A stretch of 64,000 bases of DNA from an uncultured Gemmatimonadales bacterium (GCA_963728915.1 CAVSLV010000001.1:1152001-1216000); one strand, 5' to 3'; counted from the stretch's first letter, positions 1 to 9,724 are shown. Program-made: numbers and translations. The notes: generated by a model from the sequence alone, not told the origin.

Positions 1-174
1 CGCCTTGCGCCCCATCGCCCGGATCTCCCGCGCGACTTCCTCGGCTGCGGCTTGCCGGCGATGAAAGGTGATCCCCACCTCGGCGCCCGCCCGGGCGAAC
101 AGGAGCGCCGCGGCCCGTCCGATGCCCCGCGATCCTCCCGTGATCAGGACCCGCTGGCCAGTCAGCGAAATCAT
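1..174 (-). CDS. SDR family (FabG-like) oxidoreductase, 5' part only; runs off the window edge
   Basis: Translated by hand: MISLTGQRVLITGGSRGIGRAAALLFARAGAEVGITF..., with the TGxxxGIG Rossmann motif. Its ATG overlaps the upstream stop (ATGA, 171-174). Confidence 0.9.
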   Translation of the reverse strand, partial: MISLTGQRVLITGGSRGIGRAAALLFARAGAEVGITFHRRQAAAEEVAREIRAMGRKA

Positions 175-935
175 TCCTGGTTTCCCCCCCACATCAGCTT
201 GAGACGATCGAACAGCGGTGTCTTGATCTCGAGCGGAGGAACCGGCTCGAGCTCACCATTCGCGAGGATGGCCGCCGGATTCCGTTCCGCGAGCAGCTCG
301 GCCTGGGCCTGGCCCCGGTGCTCCTTCAGGTATTCGGTGGCGGTCTGCATCTGCCGATCATCGCCGTGATTGTCGGCCGCAATGATATCCGCCAGGCCCT
401 GGCATAACAGCGCGCGAGCCCGATGGCCCCGCCCACGGCCGCCGAGCAGAGTGGTGGCATCCACCTGCATGAAAGCACCATCCGCTTTCCACTGCCGTAC
501 CGCCCCTGGGGTGCAGGCCGCGTAACGCTCAGGATGGGCCAGAACGGGCGAGAGCCCGAGCTGCACCACCTGCCGCAATGCGTTGGAAATCGAAGCCGCC
601 GCCGCGAGCCGGGTGAATTCCACCAGAATGAACCGGGTTCGGCCCAGAGTCAGCTCGGGATGATCCAGCAGATCGGGACGCACCGGCCGATCCAGCAGCA
701 ATTCGACCCCGCGGTGCAGCGCCACTCCTTCCGGGGCCCGCCGCCGGAGCTCGGCGAACGCTGCATCGTGGGACGGCGGAAGCCCCTTGGCGACGCGGCC
801 GACGTTGAAATGGGGCGTGAGACACACCGCGGTGATGCCATGCGCCCGCATTGCGATCAGGGTCTGGACCGACTGCTCCAGGTTGCGCGAGCCGTCGTCC
901 ACCCCGGGCAGGAGATGACAGTGGAGATCAATCAC
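171..935 (-). CDS. CpsB/CapC (YwqE-like) PHP-family protein-tyrosine phosphatase
   Basis: IDLHCHLLPGVDDG, TPH, LAHPERY and ADNH motifs. GTG start at 935 preferred over the ORF-track start at 953. Confidence 0.9.
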   Translation of the reverse strand: MIDLHCHLLPGVDDGSRNLEQSVQTLIAMRAHGITAVCLTPHFNVGRVAKGLPPSHDAAFAELRRRAPEGVALHRGVELLLDRPVRPDLLDHPELTLGRTRFILVEFTRLAAAASISNALRQVVQLGLSPVLAHPERYAACTPGAVRQWKADGAFMQVDATTLLGGRGRGHRARALLCQGLADIIAADNHGDDRQMQTATEYLKEHRGQAQAELLAERNPAAILANGELEPVPPLEIKTPLFDRLKLMWGGNQE

Positions 936-1212
936 CGAGGAGCTCTTCCGCAAAGGGCTGGAGCCCGGCGGGATCGTGGGCCGCCTGCGCCTTCAGGGCC
1001 AGGGTGACCAGGGCATCGGCCGCGAGCAGATCCAGCGCCACCGAACGATCGCCGGGCCGGGTCAGCACCGCCTCGAGCGCCTCGTGGGCGGCACGGCCAA
1101 GTCGCCGGGACAGGGGCTCCTCACCCGGGAGGACGTACGCCAGGGCCCGGTCACGAAGCGCCCCGGGAGCATCCCGCACCTGGTCCTCAAGCCATCGGTC
1201 ATCGTGGCTCAC
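928..1212 (-). CDS. Small hypothetical protein
   Basis: Fills the gap between alaS and the phosphatase and overlaps both (GTGA with the alaS stop). Helical-looking ALDLLAADALVTLAL segment. Confidence 0.65.
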   Translation of the reverse strand: MSHDDRWLEDQVRDAPGALRDRALAYVLPGEEPLSRRLGRAAHEALEAVLTRPGDRSVALDLLAADALVTLALKAQAAHDPAGLQPFAEELLGD

Positions 1213-3848
1213 AACGAGCCCAGCCATTCCCGCACCAGCCGCGGAGTCGCTTCCCGCGCCGCGGGAATCCGGGTCGGATCGCCCACGCTTCCCGAAGCAA
1301 AGCCGGGACGGCCACCGCCCTTTCCCCCGCCCACCGCGGCAATCCGGTTCAGGAGATCGCCCGCCTTGAGGCCCCGTTGCACCAGGTCCTCGGTCACCGC
1401 CACGTGAATCGCTCCCCGGCTTCCGGTGCCGAACAGCACCAGAGCCGCGCTCTTCTTTTCGGCCCGGAACCGGTCGGCCAGTTGACCGATCTCGTCACGA
1501 TTCTCCGCGGCGGTGTCGCCGACCGTCAAACTGATCCCATCCACGCGGGTTTCCTCTCCGGTCGCCGCGCCCCCACCCTGCCGCATCATCTCCTCGATCC
1601 TCCGTTCGAGCCTCTCACGTTCGACCAGGAGCTGCTCGATCCGCTTGGCGACCATGTCCGGCTGGGCCCGGAGCAGATCGCTGGCCCGGCGGAGCCGGTG
1701 CTCGATCTCTTCCAGGGCACCGTAGGCACCGGGACCGGTTACGGCTTCGACCCGTCGGACCCCGGCGGCGACCCCGCTCTGCGCGGTGAACCGGAACAGG
1801 CCCAGGGCGCCGGTCGATTCCACATGGGTGCCTCCGCAGAGCTCGATCGAGTCCCCCATCTGGACCACTCGAACCACGTCGCCGTACTTGTCCGCGAAGA
1901 ACGCCATCGCGCCGAGCCCGAGCGCCTCGGGATAGGCCATCTGCCGGGTGGTCACCGGATGGTTGGCCCAGATCTCCGAGTTGATGTCCCGCTCAATCCG
2001 TTCGAGCACATCCGGCTCGATGGGACCGTGATGCGAAAAGTCGAACCGCAACCGGTCCGGCGCGACCAGCGACCCCTGCTGGCGAACGTGCGTGCCCAGG
2101 TGGCGCCTGAGCGTCAGGTGCACCAGATGAGTGGCGCTGTGATTACGCTCGATATTGTGGCGGCGGGGCGCGTCCACTTCGGCCCGGATCGCCGTCGGCT
2201 CGAATCCCTCGGGAAACCGCCCCACCAGCGCGGTTCCCCGATCTCCCCGACGCACCTCCTCCACTGCGAGCTCCCAGCCGACGCCCCGCAGCACCCCGGC
2301 ATCGCTGATCTGCCCGCCCGATTCGAGGTAGAAGGGGTTGTCCCGGGGCACCACTTCGACCTGTTCCCCCTCCTGCCGAAACGCGAGGATCTCGGTATCC
2401 GCCGCAGTGGTATCGTAGCCGACGAATCGTTGCTTGCCGCGCCGCAGGGCGTGCCACTTGGGCCCCCGTGCTCCGCCCACCTGCCGCCGGGGCGTCGGCA
2501 GTGATCCCGACCCGCCCGCCCGAGCCGCGCGGGACCGTTCCCGCTGCTTCTCTAGGGCGGTCTCGAAGCCCGCCAGATCCACCGAGAGACCCCGCTCGGC
2601 GCCGATTAGCTGGGTGAGGTCCACCGGGAATCCGAAGGTGTCGTACAACCGGAAGGCCTCGTCCCCGGAGACGACCCGGGCTCCGCTCGTCACCAGTTCC
2701 TCGAGCCGCCGGAGGCCGCCCTCGATGGTTTCCAGAAAGCGCTGTTCCTCGGTCTCGGTCCACCGCCGGATTTCCGCTCGGCGGGCAACGATCTCGGGAT
2801 ACACCGCCCCGAGCCCTTCGATCACCGTTTCGGTGAGCGGAGCGAGCGTGGGCTCGCGCCGGCCCAGCAGCCAGGCGTGGCGCACCGCGCGCCGGAGGAT
2901 GCGCCGGACCACGTATCCCCGGCCCTCGTTGCTCGGGTAGACGCCTTCACCCAGCAGGAAGGTCACCGCCCGGGCATGATCGGCCAACACGCGATAGGAA
3001 GCGCCCGCTCCGTCCATCGATCCCGGATAGGGCCGTCCGATCAGCCGACCGACCTCCTCGAGCAGGGGCAGGAACAGATCGGTATGGAAGCCGTCGTCGG
3101 TCCCCTGCAGAACCGCGGAGATCCGCTCCAGCCCGGCGCCGGTGTCCACCGAAGGCCGGGGGAGCGGGGTGAGGGTGCCGTCGGCGGCGCGATCGTACTG
3201 CATGAACACCAGATTCCAGATTTCCATGAAGACGCCCGCCTCGGCCAGCGTCTCGAACGATTCGCGGGGGAGCGGGCCGGGATACCCGGTTCGCCCGAGG
3301 ACCTGCTCGAGATCGATGTAGATCTCGGAGCAGGGCCCGCAGGGACCGGTATCCGCCATCTGCCAGAAATTGTCCTTGTCGCCGAGCCCGTAGATCCGGT
3401 CCTCCGGCAGGCCCGCAATCTCCCGCCATAACCCGCGGGCCTCCTCGTCGGCATGATGCACGCTGACCCGGATCCAGGCCGGGGGAATGCCCAGGAACTC
3501 CTTCGAGGTGACGAACTCCCACGCGTAGGTGATCGCCTCGCGCTTGAAGTAGTCTCCGAAGGAGAAATTCCCCAGCATCTCGAAGAAGGTCATGTGCCGC
3601 TTGGTGTGGCCGACCTGCTCGAGATCGTTGTGCTTGCCGCCGGCCCGGACGCACTTCTGGCAGGTGGTGGCGCGCAGATAGTCCCGGCGCTCCTGGCCCA
3701 GGAACACCCGCTTGAACTGCACCATCCCCGCGTTGGTGAACAGGAGGGTGGGGTCGTCCTTGGGTTCAAGCGGGGAGGACGGCACCTCGCAGTGCCCACG
3801 GGTGACGAAAAAATCGAGAAAGGCCCTGCGAATCGCGGCGGCGCGCAT
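1209..3848 (-). CDS. alaS: Alanine--tRNA ligase
   Basis: DPTLLFTNAGMVQFK, FFEMLGNFSFGDYFK, editing motifs HSATH and ELCGGTHV, C-terminal GGKGGGRP. Confidence 0.99.
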   Translation of the reverse strand: MRAAAIRRAFLDFFVTRGHCEVPSSPLEPKDDPTLLFTNAGMVQFKRVFLGQERRDYLRATTCQKCVRAGGKHNDLEQVGHTKRHMTFFEMLGNFSFGDYFKREAITYAWEFVTSKEFLGIPPAWIRVSVHHADEEARGLWREIAGLPEDRIYGLGDKDNFWQMADTGPCGPCSEIYIDLEQVLGRTGYPGPLPRESFETLAEAGVFMEIWNLVFMQYDRAADGTLTPLPRPSVDTGAGLERISAVLQGTDDGFHTDLFLPLLEEVGRLIGRPYPGSMDGAGASYRVLADHARAVTFLLGEGVYPSNEGRGYVVRRILRRAVRHAWLLGRREPTLAPLTETVIEGLGAVYPEIVARRAEIRRWTETEEQRFLETIEGGLRRLEELVTSGARVVSGDEAFRLYDTFGFPVDLTQLIGAERGLSVDLAGFETALEKQRERSRAARAGGSGSLPTPRRQVGGARGPKWHALRRGKQRFVGYDTTAADTEILAFRQEGEQVEVVPRDNPFYLESGGQISDAGVLRGVGWELAVEEVRRGDRGTALVGRFPEGFEPTAIRAEVDAPRRHNIERNHSATHLVHLTLRRHLGTHVRQQGSLVAPDRLRFDFSHHGPIEPDVLERIERDINSEIWANHPVTTRQMAYPEALGLGAMAFFADKYGDVVRVVQMGDSIELCGGTHVESTGALGLFRFTAQSGVAAGVRRVEAVTGPGAYGALEEIEHRLRRASDLLRAQPDMVAKRIEQLLVERERLERRIEEMMRQGGGAATGEETRVDGISLTVGDTAAENRDEIGQLADRFRAEKKSAALVLFGTGSRGAIHVAVTEDLVQRGLKAGDLLNRIAAVGGGKGGGRPGFASGSVGDPTRIPAAREATPRLVREWLGSL

Positions 3849-3860
3849 GGGCAAAATATA
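3849..3860 (-). promoter_or_regulatory. -10 hexamer TATATT 6 nt upstream of the alaS ATG (leaderless-type promoter)
   Basis: TATATT(3860-3855)-TTGCCC-ATG, with no Shine-Dalgarno between them. Confidence 0.55.
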
Positions 3861-3889
3861 GTCGCGGAGGAGGGACCCTCCGGGACGGC

Positions 3890-4561
3890 TCAGGCCGTGT
3901 TAGGAGACTCCCGGCTGATGGCCCGGGTCACCGCATCGCGCGCCATTCGGCCCACGAACCCCCGCCGGGCCAGGAAGCCCAACAACCGGCGCCGGAGGAC
4001 CGGCCGGGCCAGCGCGCCAAGCTGCGCCCGCCGCCGCGCCACCAGGCGCGCCACCTGGGTCGCTTCGGCCTCCTCGGTGGCGAACGATTCTCCCAGGATC
4101 CGATCCACCACGGCGCGGTCGACCCCCATCCCACCGAGCTCCCGGCGGAGTCGAAGCGGCCCCCGCCCCCGAGCCGAGCGGGTCTCGACGAAGTGGCGGG
4201 CGAAGCGCTCGTCGTCCACCAACCCCGCCGCTCGGGCCCGCTCGACCGCGATGGCGGCGGCGTCGGGGGAATGACCCTTCAGGATCAACCGCCGGGCCAG
4301 GTCCTGTGCTGCGAACGGCCGAGCGGTCAGGCGGCGGAGCGCGGTCCGAAACGCGGCTTCCTGGTCGGCGGCTTGGCACAACCGGGCATATTGGACGCTC
4401 GGGATCGCGAGACCCGGTTGTAACCCCTCCGCGTCGGCGACGTCGCGGGGCACCGTGAACAGGAGGTGCCCCCGCGCCATGATCCGCACGCTCCCGGGGA
4501 AGCGGGGATCGGGAATCAGAGCCCCGATCACCCGCACCGGGTCATTCGCCGTCGCCGTCAT
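3890..4561 (-). CDS. recX: Regulatory protein RecX
   Basis: Directly downstream of recA and overlapping it. [19 protein letters not shown] and FLARRGF motifs. Confidence 0.93.
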   Translation of the reverse strand: MTATANDPVRVIGALIPDPRFPGSVRIMARGHLLFTVPRDVADAEGLQPGLAIPSVQYARLCQAADQEAAFRTALRRLTARPFAAQDLARRLILKGHSPDAAAIAVERARAAGLVDDERFARHFVETRSARGRGPLRLRRELGGMGVDRAVVDRILGESFATEEAEATQVARLVARRRAQLGALARPVLRRRLLGFLARRGFVGRMARDAVTRAISRESPNTA

Positions 4562-5603
4562 CGGCGGGCACCGTACTGGACGCCCGCACCCCGAGGAACT
4601 CCTTGACCCGCGCTTCGACTTCCGTCATCAGCGCGGGATTGTCGCGCAGGAAGAGCTTGGCGTTCTCCCGTCCCTGGCCGATCCGCTGATCACCGTAGGA
4701 GTACCAGGCCCCGGACTTCTGGATGATGTTGCCTTCGCTGGCCAGATCGACCACCAGCCCGGTGTGGCTGATCCCCTCATCGAACATCACGTCGAACTCT
4801 GCCTGCTTGAACGGGGGGGCCACCTTGTTCTTGACCACTTTGACCCGGACCCGGTTGCCGATCACCGCTTCCCGCTCCTTGACCGGCCCGATCCGCCGGA
4901 TATCGAGCCGCAACGAAGCGTAGAACTTGAGCGCCTTGCCGCCGGTGGTGGTCTCCGGATTGCCGAACATGACGCCGATCTTCTCCCGCAGCTGGTTGAT
5001 GAACACCACCGCGCAGTTGGATCGGTTGATCGCGCCGGCGAGCTTGCGAAGCGCCTGGCTCATGAGCCGGGCCTGGAGTCCCATGTGGCTGTCGCCCATT
5101 TCCCCCTCGATCTCCGCTTTGGGCACCAGAGCCGCCACCGAATCCACCGCGACCAGGTCCACCGCGCCGGAGCGGACCAGGATCTCGACGATTTCCAGCG
5201 CTTGCTCCCCGGTGTCGGGCTGAGACACCAGCAGGTTGTCGACGTCGACGCCGAGCTTCTTGGCGTACTCGATGTCGAGGGCGTGCTCCGCGTCGACATA
5301 GGCAGCCACGCCACCGGCGCGCTGCACATTGGCCGCGAGGTGAAGGGTGAGGGTCGTTTTTCCCGAGGATTCCGGTCCGTAGATCTCGGTGATCCGACCC
5401 CGGGGGATCCCCCCGACCCCGGTCGCCGCGTCCAGGTTGATGGCCCCGGTCTGGATAGCCACCACCCGTTCCCGGGGAGCCTCAGTACCCATCCGCATGA
5501 TGGAGCCCTTGCCCAGCTGTTTTTCGATCTGGGAGATGGCGAGTTGGAGCGCCTTCCGGCGTTCGGAGTCGAGCTTGGTCTCCTTCACATCAGGGAGGGC
5601 CAT
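4542..5603 (-). CDS. recA: Recombinase RecA
   Basis: [46 protein letters not shown]. Confidence 0.99.
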   Translation of the reverse strand: MALPDVKETKLDSERRKALQLAISQIEKQLGKGSIMRMGTEAPRERVVAIQTGAINLDAATGVGGIPRGRITEIYGPESSGKTTLTLHLAANVQRAGGVAAYVDAEHALDIEYAKKLGVDVDNLLVSQPDTGEQALEIVEILVRSGAVDLVAVDSVAALVPKAEIEGEMGDSHMGLQARLMSQALRKLAGAINRSNCAVVFINQLREKIGVMFGNPETTTGGKALKFYASLRLDIRRIGPVKEREAVIGNRVRVKVVKNKVAPPFKQAEFDVMFDEGISHTGLVVDLASEGNIIQKSGAWYSYGDQRIGQGRENAKLFLRDNPALMTEVEARVKEFLGVRASSTVPADDGDGE

Positions 5604-5661
5604 TGAGAGGAATCCTTATCTGAGATTGTGGCTGATTTCGCTACACAAATAGACTGCTTCC

Positions 5662-5690
5662 AATCTAATACCGAAGATTTTCCGAAACAA
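5662..5690 (-). promoter_or_regulatory. Putative sigma70 promoter of recA with a near-palindromic operator candidate in the spacer
   Basis: TTGTTT(5690-5685), 17 nt, TAGATT(5667-5662). The spacer contains CGGAA-AATC-TTCGG (5684-5671). Confidence 0.55.
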
Positions 5691-5702
5691 GACGGCATTT
5701 TC

Positions 5703-6113
5703 TCACTTTTCCACACCCCGCCACGCATCTGTGATGTGCGTAATCTGTGGACTTGGGGATCGACCTTCCTCCACCACGATCAGGTCGAATCGATACTCGT
5801 CCCGCGGCCCCCCATGCCGATCCCGCCAGAGCTCGGCCCCGCGACTGAGAATCCGCCGTTTCCGAAACCCGACCGCCTCCTGGCCCGATCCGAAGCGACT
5901 GGACCGGCGGGTCTTCACCTCGACGAAGGCAACCACGGATCCCTGCCGCACTACCAGGTCCAGGTCGTGCCGCCCCCAGCGGAAACGATGCGCCTCGATC
6001 CGGTAGCCGTGGCGAAGCAGGTATGCCATCGCCATCCGTTCTCCCGCATACCCGCGACGATGCCTCGGGTCGCGCCATGCGGAGACGGGCTTGGGCGTGC
6101 GGGTCATCGACAT
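5703..6113 (-). CDS. yraN: YraN / UPF0102 family putative endonuclease
   Basis: GE..A..YL..GYRI, DLDLV, FVEVKTR and RFDLIVV motifs. Start set at ATG 6113, which has TATCCT 5 nt upstream. Confidence 0.9.
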   Translation of the reverse strand: MSMTRTPKPVSAWRDPRHRRGYAGERMAMAYLLRHGYRIEAHRFRWGRHDLDLVVRQGSVVAFVEVKTRRSSRFGSGQEAVGFRKRRILSRGAELWRDRHGGPRDEYRFDLIVVEEGRSPSPQITHITDAWRGVEK

Positions 6114-6187
6114 GCGACAGGATACCCGGTTCACCCGGCCGGCACCCAACCGATTTTCCGCCCCGCGGACCGATTCCACGCCGAACC

Positions 6188-6290
6188 TAACCCGATCGCT
6201 TTCCAGCCAGCCGGCCGGCGGTGTCGAGCAGATGTCACCGCGCGTCTCCACCCTCACGCGGGCTCGATGCGGTCCGGCCGGCGCGGGTTA
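6188..6290 (+). other. Long nested hairpin in the intergenic/5' region of the SOD-like gene
   Basis: Four nested helices: 6188-6194/6284-6290, 6210-6218/6274-6282, 6221-6229/6262-6270 (2 G-U pairs) and 6238-6242/6257-6261. Confidence 0.35.
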
Positions 6291-6324
6291 TGGGTCCAAC
6301 CAGACGAGGAGAAGGAGAACAGCG

Positions 6325-6735
6325 ATGATCATGAAGGCACTCGGGACCCTGCTGGGTCTCCCCGGCGCGCTCACCCTGGCCGGAACGGTCTACAACGCCG
6401 ACCTCGAATCCGAGGGCAATTCGGGCGTCAGCGGGTCCGCCCGGATCGAAACCTTTGGCCGGGACTCGGCCACGGCGCAGATCACCGTCAACGGAGCCAG
6501 GCCCAACGTGACGCTCGCCTGGGGCATCCAGGCTGGCGACTGCGACAAGCCGGGAACCTCGATGGGGGCGGAATCGGTGTATCCCAAGATTCAGACCGAC
6601 AGCACCGGCACCGGAACCGCCACGGCGACCGTCCGGCCCGGCGTCTCGGACGGGGGCGACCACGCCCTGGTGGTCCATCAGGGGGATCAGATGGGGTCGG
6701 TCGCAGCCTGCGGGGAGCTCAAGAAGGCGCCCTGA
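6325..6735 (+). CDS. Exported Cu/Zn superoxide-dismutase-fold protein lacking most metal ligands
   Basis: SD AGGAG 7 nt before ATG 6325 and a hydrophobic N-terminus. SGVSGSARI, GDC, ALVVH and ACGEL match the SOD1 beta-barrel pattern. Confidence 0.65.
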   Translation: MIMKALGTLLGLPGALTLAGTVYNADLESEGNSGVSGSARIETFGRDSATAQITVNGARPNVTLAWGIQAGDCDKPGTSMGAESVYPKIQTDSTGTGTATATVRPGVSDGGDHALVVHQGDQMGSVAACGELKKAP

Positions 6736-6770
6736 GTCCCGCCCGGCCGGTCGAGCCGCGGGGCCGCGGG

Positions 6771-8993
6771 TTAGGGCCCCGCGTACTCGTCCAGCTGGGT
6801 GATCCCGATGAGGACATCGCGGGGGCGGCTCCCGTCGGGAGGCCCGAGGATTCCGGCCCCATGGAGCTGGTCGATGATCCGGGCCGCCCGACCGTAGCCG
6901 ATCCGGAGCTTGCGCTGGAGCAGTGAGGTCGAGCCGCCCTGGTGCTGGATGCACACTTCGGCGGCTTCCCGGAACAGATGGTCCCGCTCGCCCGCGTCGA
7001 GCGGGCCGCCCTCCTCCGCTTCCTCCTCCGTCTCCCGCAGCCGCATGAAGGCGAGGATGTCGGCTTCCGGCTGGGTCGCGGGCGCCGCGCCCCGACTCCG
7101 GTACCATTCCATCAGCCGTTCGGTTTCTTCGGTGGAGATGAACGCGCCCTGGAGCCGGAGCGGCTCGCTCTTGCCCGGCGGAAGAAACAGCATATCGCCG
7201 TTGCCGAGCAGGGCTTCGGCGCCATTCTGATCGAGAATGGTCCGGCTGTCGACCTTCGAGGCGACCCGAAAGGCAATCCGGCTCGGGAAGTTCGCCTTGA
7301 TGAGCCCGGTGATCACATTCACCGAGGGCCGCTGGGTGGCCAGGATCAGGTGAATGCCGATGGCGCGCGCCTTCTGGGCCAGCAGCGCCAGCGGCGTCTC
7401 GACTTCTCCCTGCACCGTCATCATGAGGTCCGCGAGCTCGTCCACCACGATCACCAGGTGGGGCAACCGGCCTTCCCGGTATTCCTCCGGCGCGGGCGGC
7501 TCCGGCGCAGTGGTGCCTTCTTCGGCGCTGATGGTGGCCAGGGTCGGTGTGGGGCGCTCCGGGTGACGGAGCGGCTTTCCCTCGTCCACTTTGCGGTTGA
7601 AGTCCCCGAGGTTTCTCGCCCCGTTCGCGTGGAGCAGCTCGTAGCGGCGGTTCATCTCCCACACCGCCCATTTGAGCACCCGGGCGGCATCGTGATTCCC
7701 GGTCACCACCCCGTGCCGCTGGTGGGGCAGCGCGTTGTACATCGAAAGCTCGACCATCTTGGGGTCGATCATGAGAAACCGGAGATCCGCGGGCGCGTAG
7801 CGATACACCAGTCCGCTGACGATGGTGTTGATGGCCACCGACTTGCCGGAGCCGGTGGCGCCCGCGATCAGCAGGTGGGGCATCTTGGCGAGGTCGGCGA
7901 CCACCGGTTTCCCTTCGAGGTCCCGCCCCAGCGCGATGGGCAGCACTGCGCGGCTCCGGGCCCGTTCCCATTCGGGCGATTCCAGCAGCTCGCGCAGAGT
8001 GACCATCCGTGCCACCGGGTTAGGCACCTCCACCCCCACCGCGCCCTTCCCCGGAATCGGCGCCACCCGGATGCTCATCGCCCGCATGGTGATGGCGAGG
8101 TCGTCGGCCAGGGCCATGATCCGGCCTGCCTTCACGCCGGGGGCCGGCACGATCTCGAACTGGGTCACCACCGGACCGCTGGTCCGCCCCGCGATCGACC
8201 CGTCCACCTTGAAGGTCTGGAGGGTCTCGAGCAGCCGTTGACCCAGACGGTCGAGCTGGGCGGTATCGGCCTCCACGTCCTGCCGCTCCGGCTCCTTGAG
8301 GAGATCGAGCGGAGGAATGAGATCCGCCTCGGGCGAGGCGGACCGGCGGACCGGCGGATGGGCGGTCGGGCGGACCGGCGGACGGGGACTCTTCTTCTGG
8401 CGCGAGAACACCGACCCTTCGTCTTCGAGGGACTCCTCGTCCACTGGTCCGCCGGTCCGCCGGTCCGCCTCCATTTCCGCCGGTCCGACGGTCCGCCCGT
8501 CCGCCTTCTTCTCCAGCCGCGCCAGGGGATGCCAGGCCACCGTGGCCAGGGTGAGCCCCGTGAGGGCGACGAACCCCAGAATCAGCCCGCCGGTCTGGCC
8601 GATGAGCTCCACCGCAGTGCGGGCCAGAAAACCGGCGGCGATTCCAGTGAGGCGGGCCGGAAGACTCCACTCCGGCATCGGAGGATCGAAGGCCGAGGCC
8701 CGGATGTCCACCAGGATCCCGATCGCGAAGGGGATGAGCAGGGCCAATCCGCCGATCAGGATGGCGGCGCGCTTCATGTCGAGGCGGGGCAGCCGGTCGA
8801 AGCCGGCCAATCCGAGGCCCAGGCCGAGCAGCGGAAGCCCACACGCGCCGGCCCCTAACCCGCGCCAGCAGAACGATCCCAGTCCCCTGCCCAGCGGACC
8901 GGTGGGGACCGCCGGGATCAGGGTCAGCCCGAGGAAGAGTCCGGCCGCCAGGGCCGCGACCGCGCCGAAGTGACGCCGATGCTCGGGCGTCAT
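6771..8993 (-). CDS. ftsK: DNA translocase FtsK/SpoIIIE
   Basis: N-terminal TM segments, PHLLIAGATGSGKS, VVDELADLMM, LATQRPSV and the gamma domain STSLLQRKLRIGYGRAARI. ATGA overlap with comB. Confidence 0.98.
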   Translation of the reverse strand: MTPEHRRHFGAVAALAAGLFLGLTLIPAVPTGPLGRGLGSFCWRGLGAGACGLPLLGLGLGLAGFDRLPRLDMKRAAILIGGLALLIPFAIGILVDIRASAFDPPMPEWSLPARLTGIAAGFLARTAVELIGQTGGLILGFVALTGLTLATVAWHPLARLEKKADGRTVGPAEMEADRRTGGPVDEESLEDEGSVFSRQKKSPRPPVRPTAHPPVRRSASPEADLIPPLDLLKEPERQDVEADTAQLDRLGQRLLETLQTFKVDGSIAGRTSGPVVTQFEIVPAPGVKAGRIMALADDLAITMRAMSIRVAPIPGKGAVGVEVPNPVARMVTLRELLESPEWERARSRAVLPIALGRDLEGKPVVADLAKMPHLLIAGATGSGKSVAINTIVSGLVYRYAPADLRFLMIDPKMVELSMYNALPHQRHGVVTGNHDAARVLKWAVWEMNRRYELLHANGARNLGDFNRKVDEGKPLRHPERPTPTLATISAEEGTTAPEPPAPEEYREGRLPHLVIVVDELADLMMTVQGEVETPLALLAQKARAIGIHLILATQRPSVNVITGLIKANFPSRIAFRVASKVDSRTILDQNGAEALLGNGDMLFLPPGKSEPLRLQGAFISTEETERLMEWYRSRGAAPATQPEADILAFMRLRETEEEAEEGGPLDAGERDHLFREAAEVCIQHQGGSTSLLQRKLRIGYGRAARIIDQLHGAGILGPPDGSRPRDVLIGITQLDEYAGP
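8337..8505. repeat. Inverted pair of octamer tandem arrays inside the ftsK linker
   Basis: 6 x GGCGGACC-like units (8337-8384) and about 7 x GGTCCGCC-like units (8446-8505). Confidence 0.85.
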
Positions 8994-9724
8994 ATCGCCT
9001 CGGCCTGGATCCGCCGGTCCTTGAGCACCGGCAGGACCGGAAAGGCGTCTTCCCGCAGGGCCATCTCGAAATCTCCCGGCCGGGACGACAGGAGATGCCG
9101 ACCCGCCACCGAGCGCCTGAGGGGTCGTTCCCAATCGGTCCCGTATCGCCGAGCCAGGTCGAGAGCCACCAGCGCCGCGTCATTCAGGCCCCGGCGCCGC
9201 CGGCTCCCCCCCATGGCGAACACCGCAAGCCGACCCGCCGTATATGCGTCGTCCAGCGCGAACTTCCCTTCCCGGCCGGCGCAGAGAATGACCAGGTCCC
9301 GACGTTCCACCAGGAGCGCCTGGGCCCGGGTCCCGGCCACGGTGAGGTTGCACGCCGCCGCTCCGTACACCACCGACGCCCCCTGGCTCGCCAGGAAGGC
9401 GGGAATGCCGTTCGTCGTAGTCATCACGATGGTTTTGTCCCGGACCCGCTCCTCGGTCACTTCCACCGGGCTGTTGTCGAGATCGAACCCCGCAATCGGC
9501 TCGCCGTGTCGCTCCCCGACCAGCACCGCGGAGCCGGCCCCCAGATTCTGGGCCAGCCGGCTCGCTTCTTCGGCGGTGGCCACCGGCACCACCGCCCGGG
9601 CGCCCCGGAAGAGCGCCGCCGCGATCACGGTGGTGGATCGGAGAATGTCGATGACGAAGACCGGACGCCCCGCCACCTCGTGGCTGGCGAGGCCGGCGGG
9701 CGAGAACAGCACATCGAGCTTCAT
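8990..9724 (-). CDS. comB: 2-phosphosulfolactate phosphatase family protein
   Basis: [40 protein letters not shown]. Confidence 0.93.
   Translation of the reverse strand: MKLDVLFSPAGLASHEVAGRPVFVIDILRSTTVIAAALFRGARAVVPVATAEEASRLAQNLGAGSAVLVGERHGEPIAGFDLDNSPVEVTEERVRDKTIVMTTTNGIPAFLASQGASVVYGAAACNLTVAGTRAQALLVERRDLVILCAGREGKFALDDAYTAGRLAVFAMGGSRRRRGLNDAALVALDLARRYGTDWERPLRRSVAGRHLLSSRPGDFEMALREDAFPVLPVLKDRRIQAEAI

Noticed and set aside
8337..8505. Octamer arrays as a CRISPR array or KOPS sites
   Set aside because: No 23-47-nt repeats with unique spacers and no cas genes. The unit does not match KOPS (GGGNAGGG).
8990..9724. comB as evidence of coenzyme M synthesis
   Set aside because: ComB-family phosphatases are widespread in bacteria, and no comA/C/D/E genes are present here.
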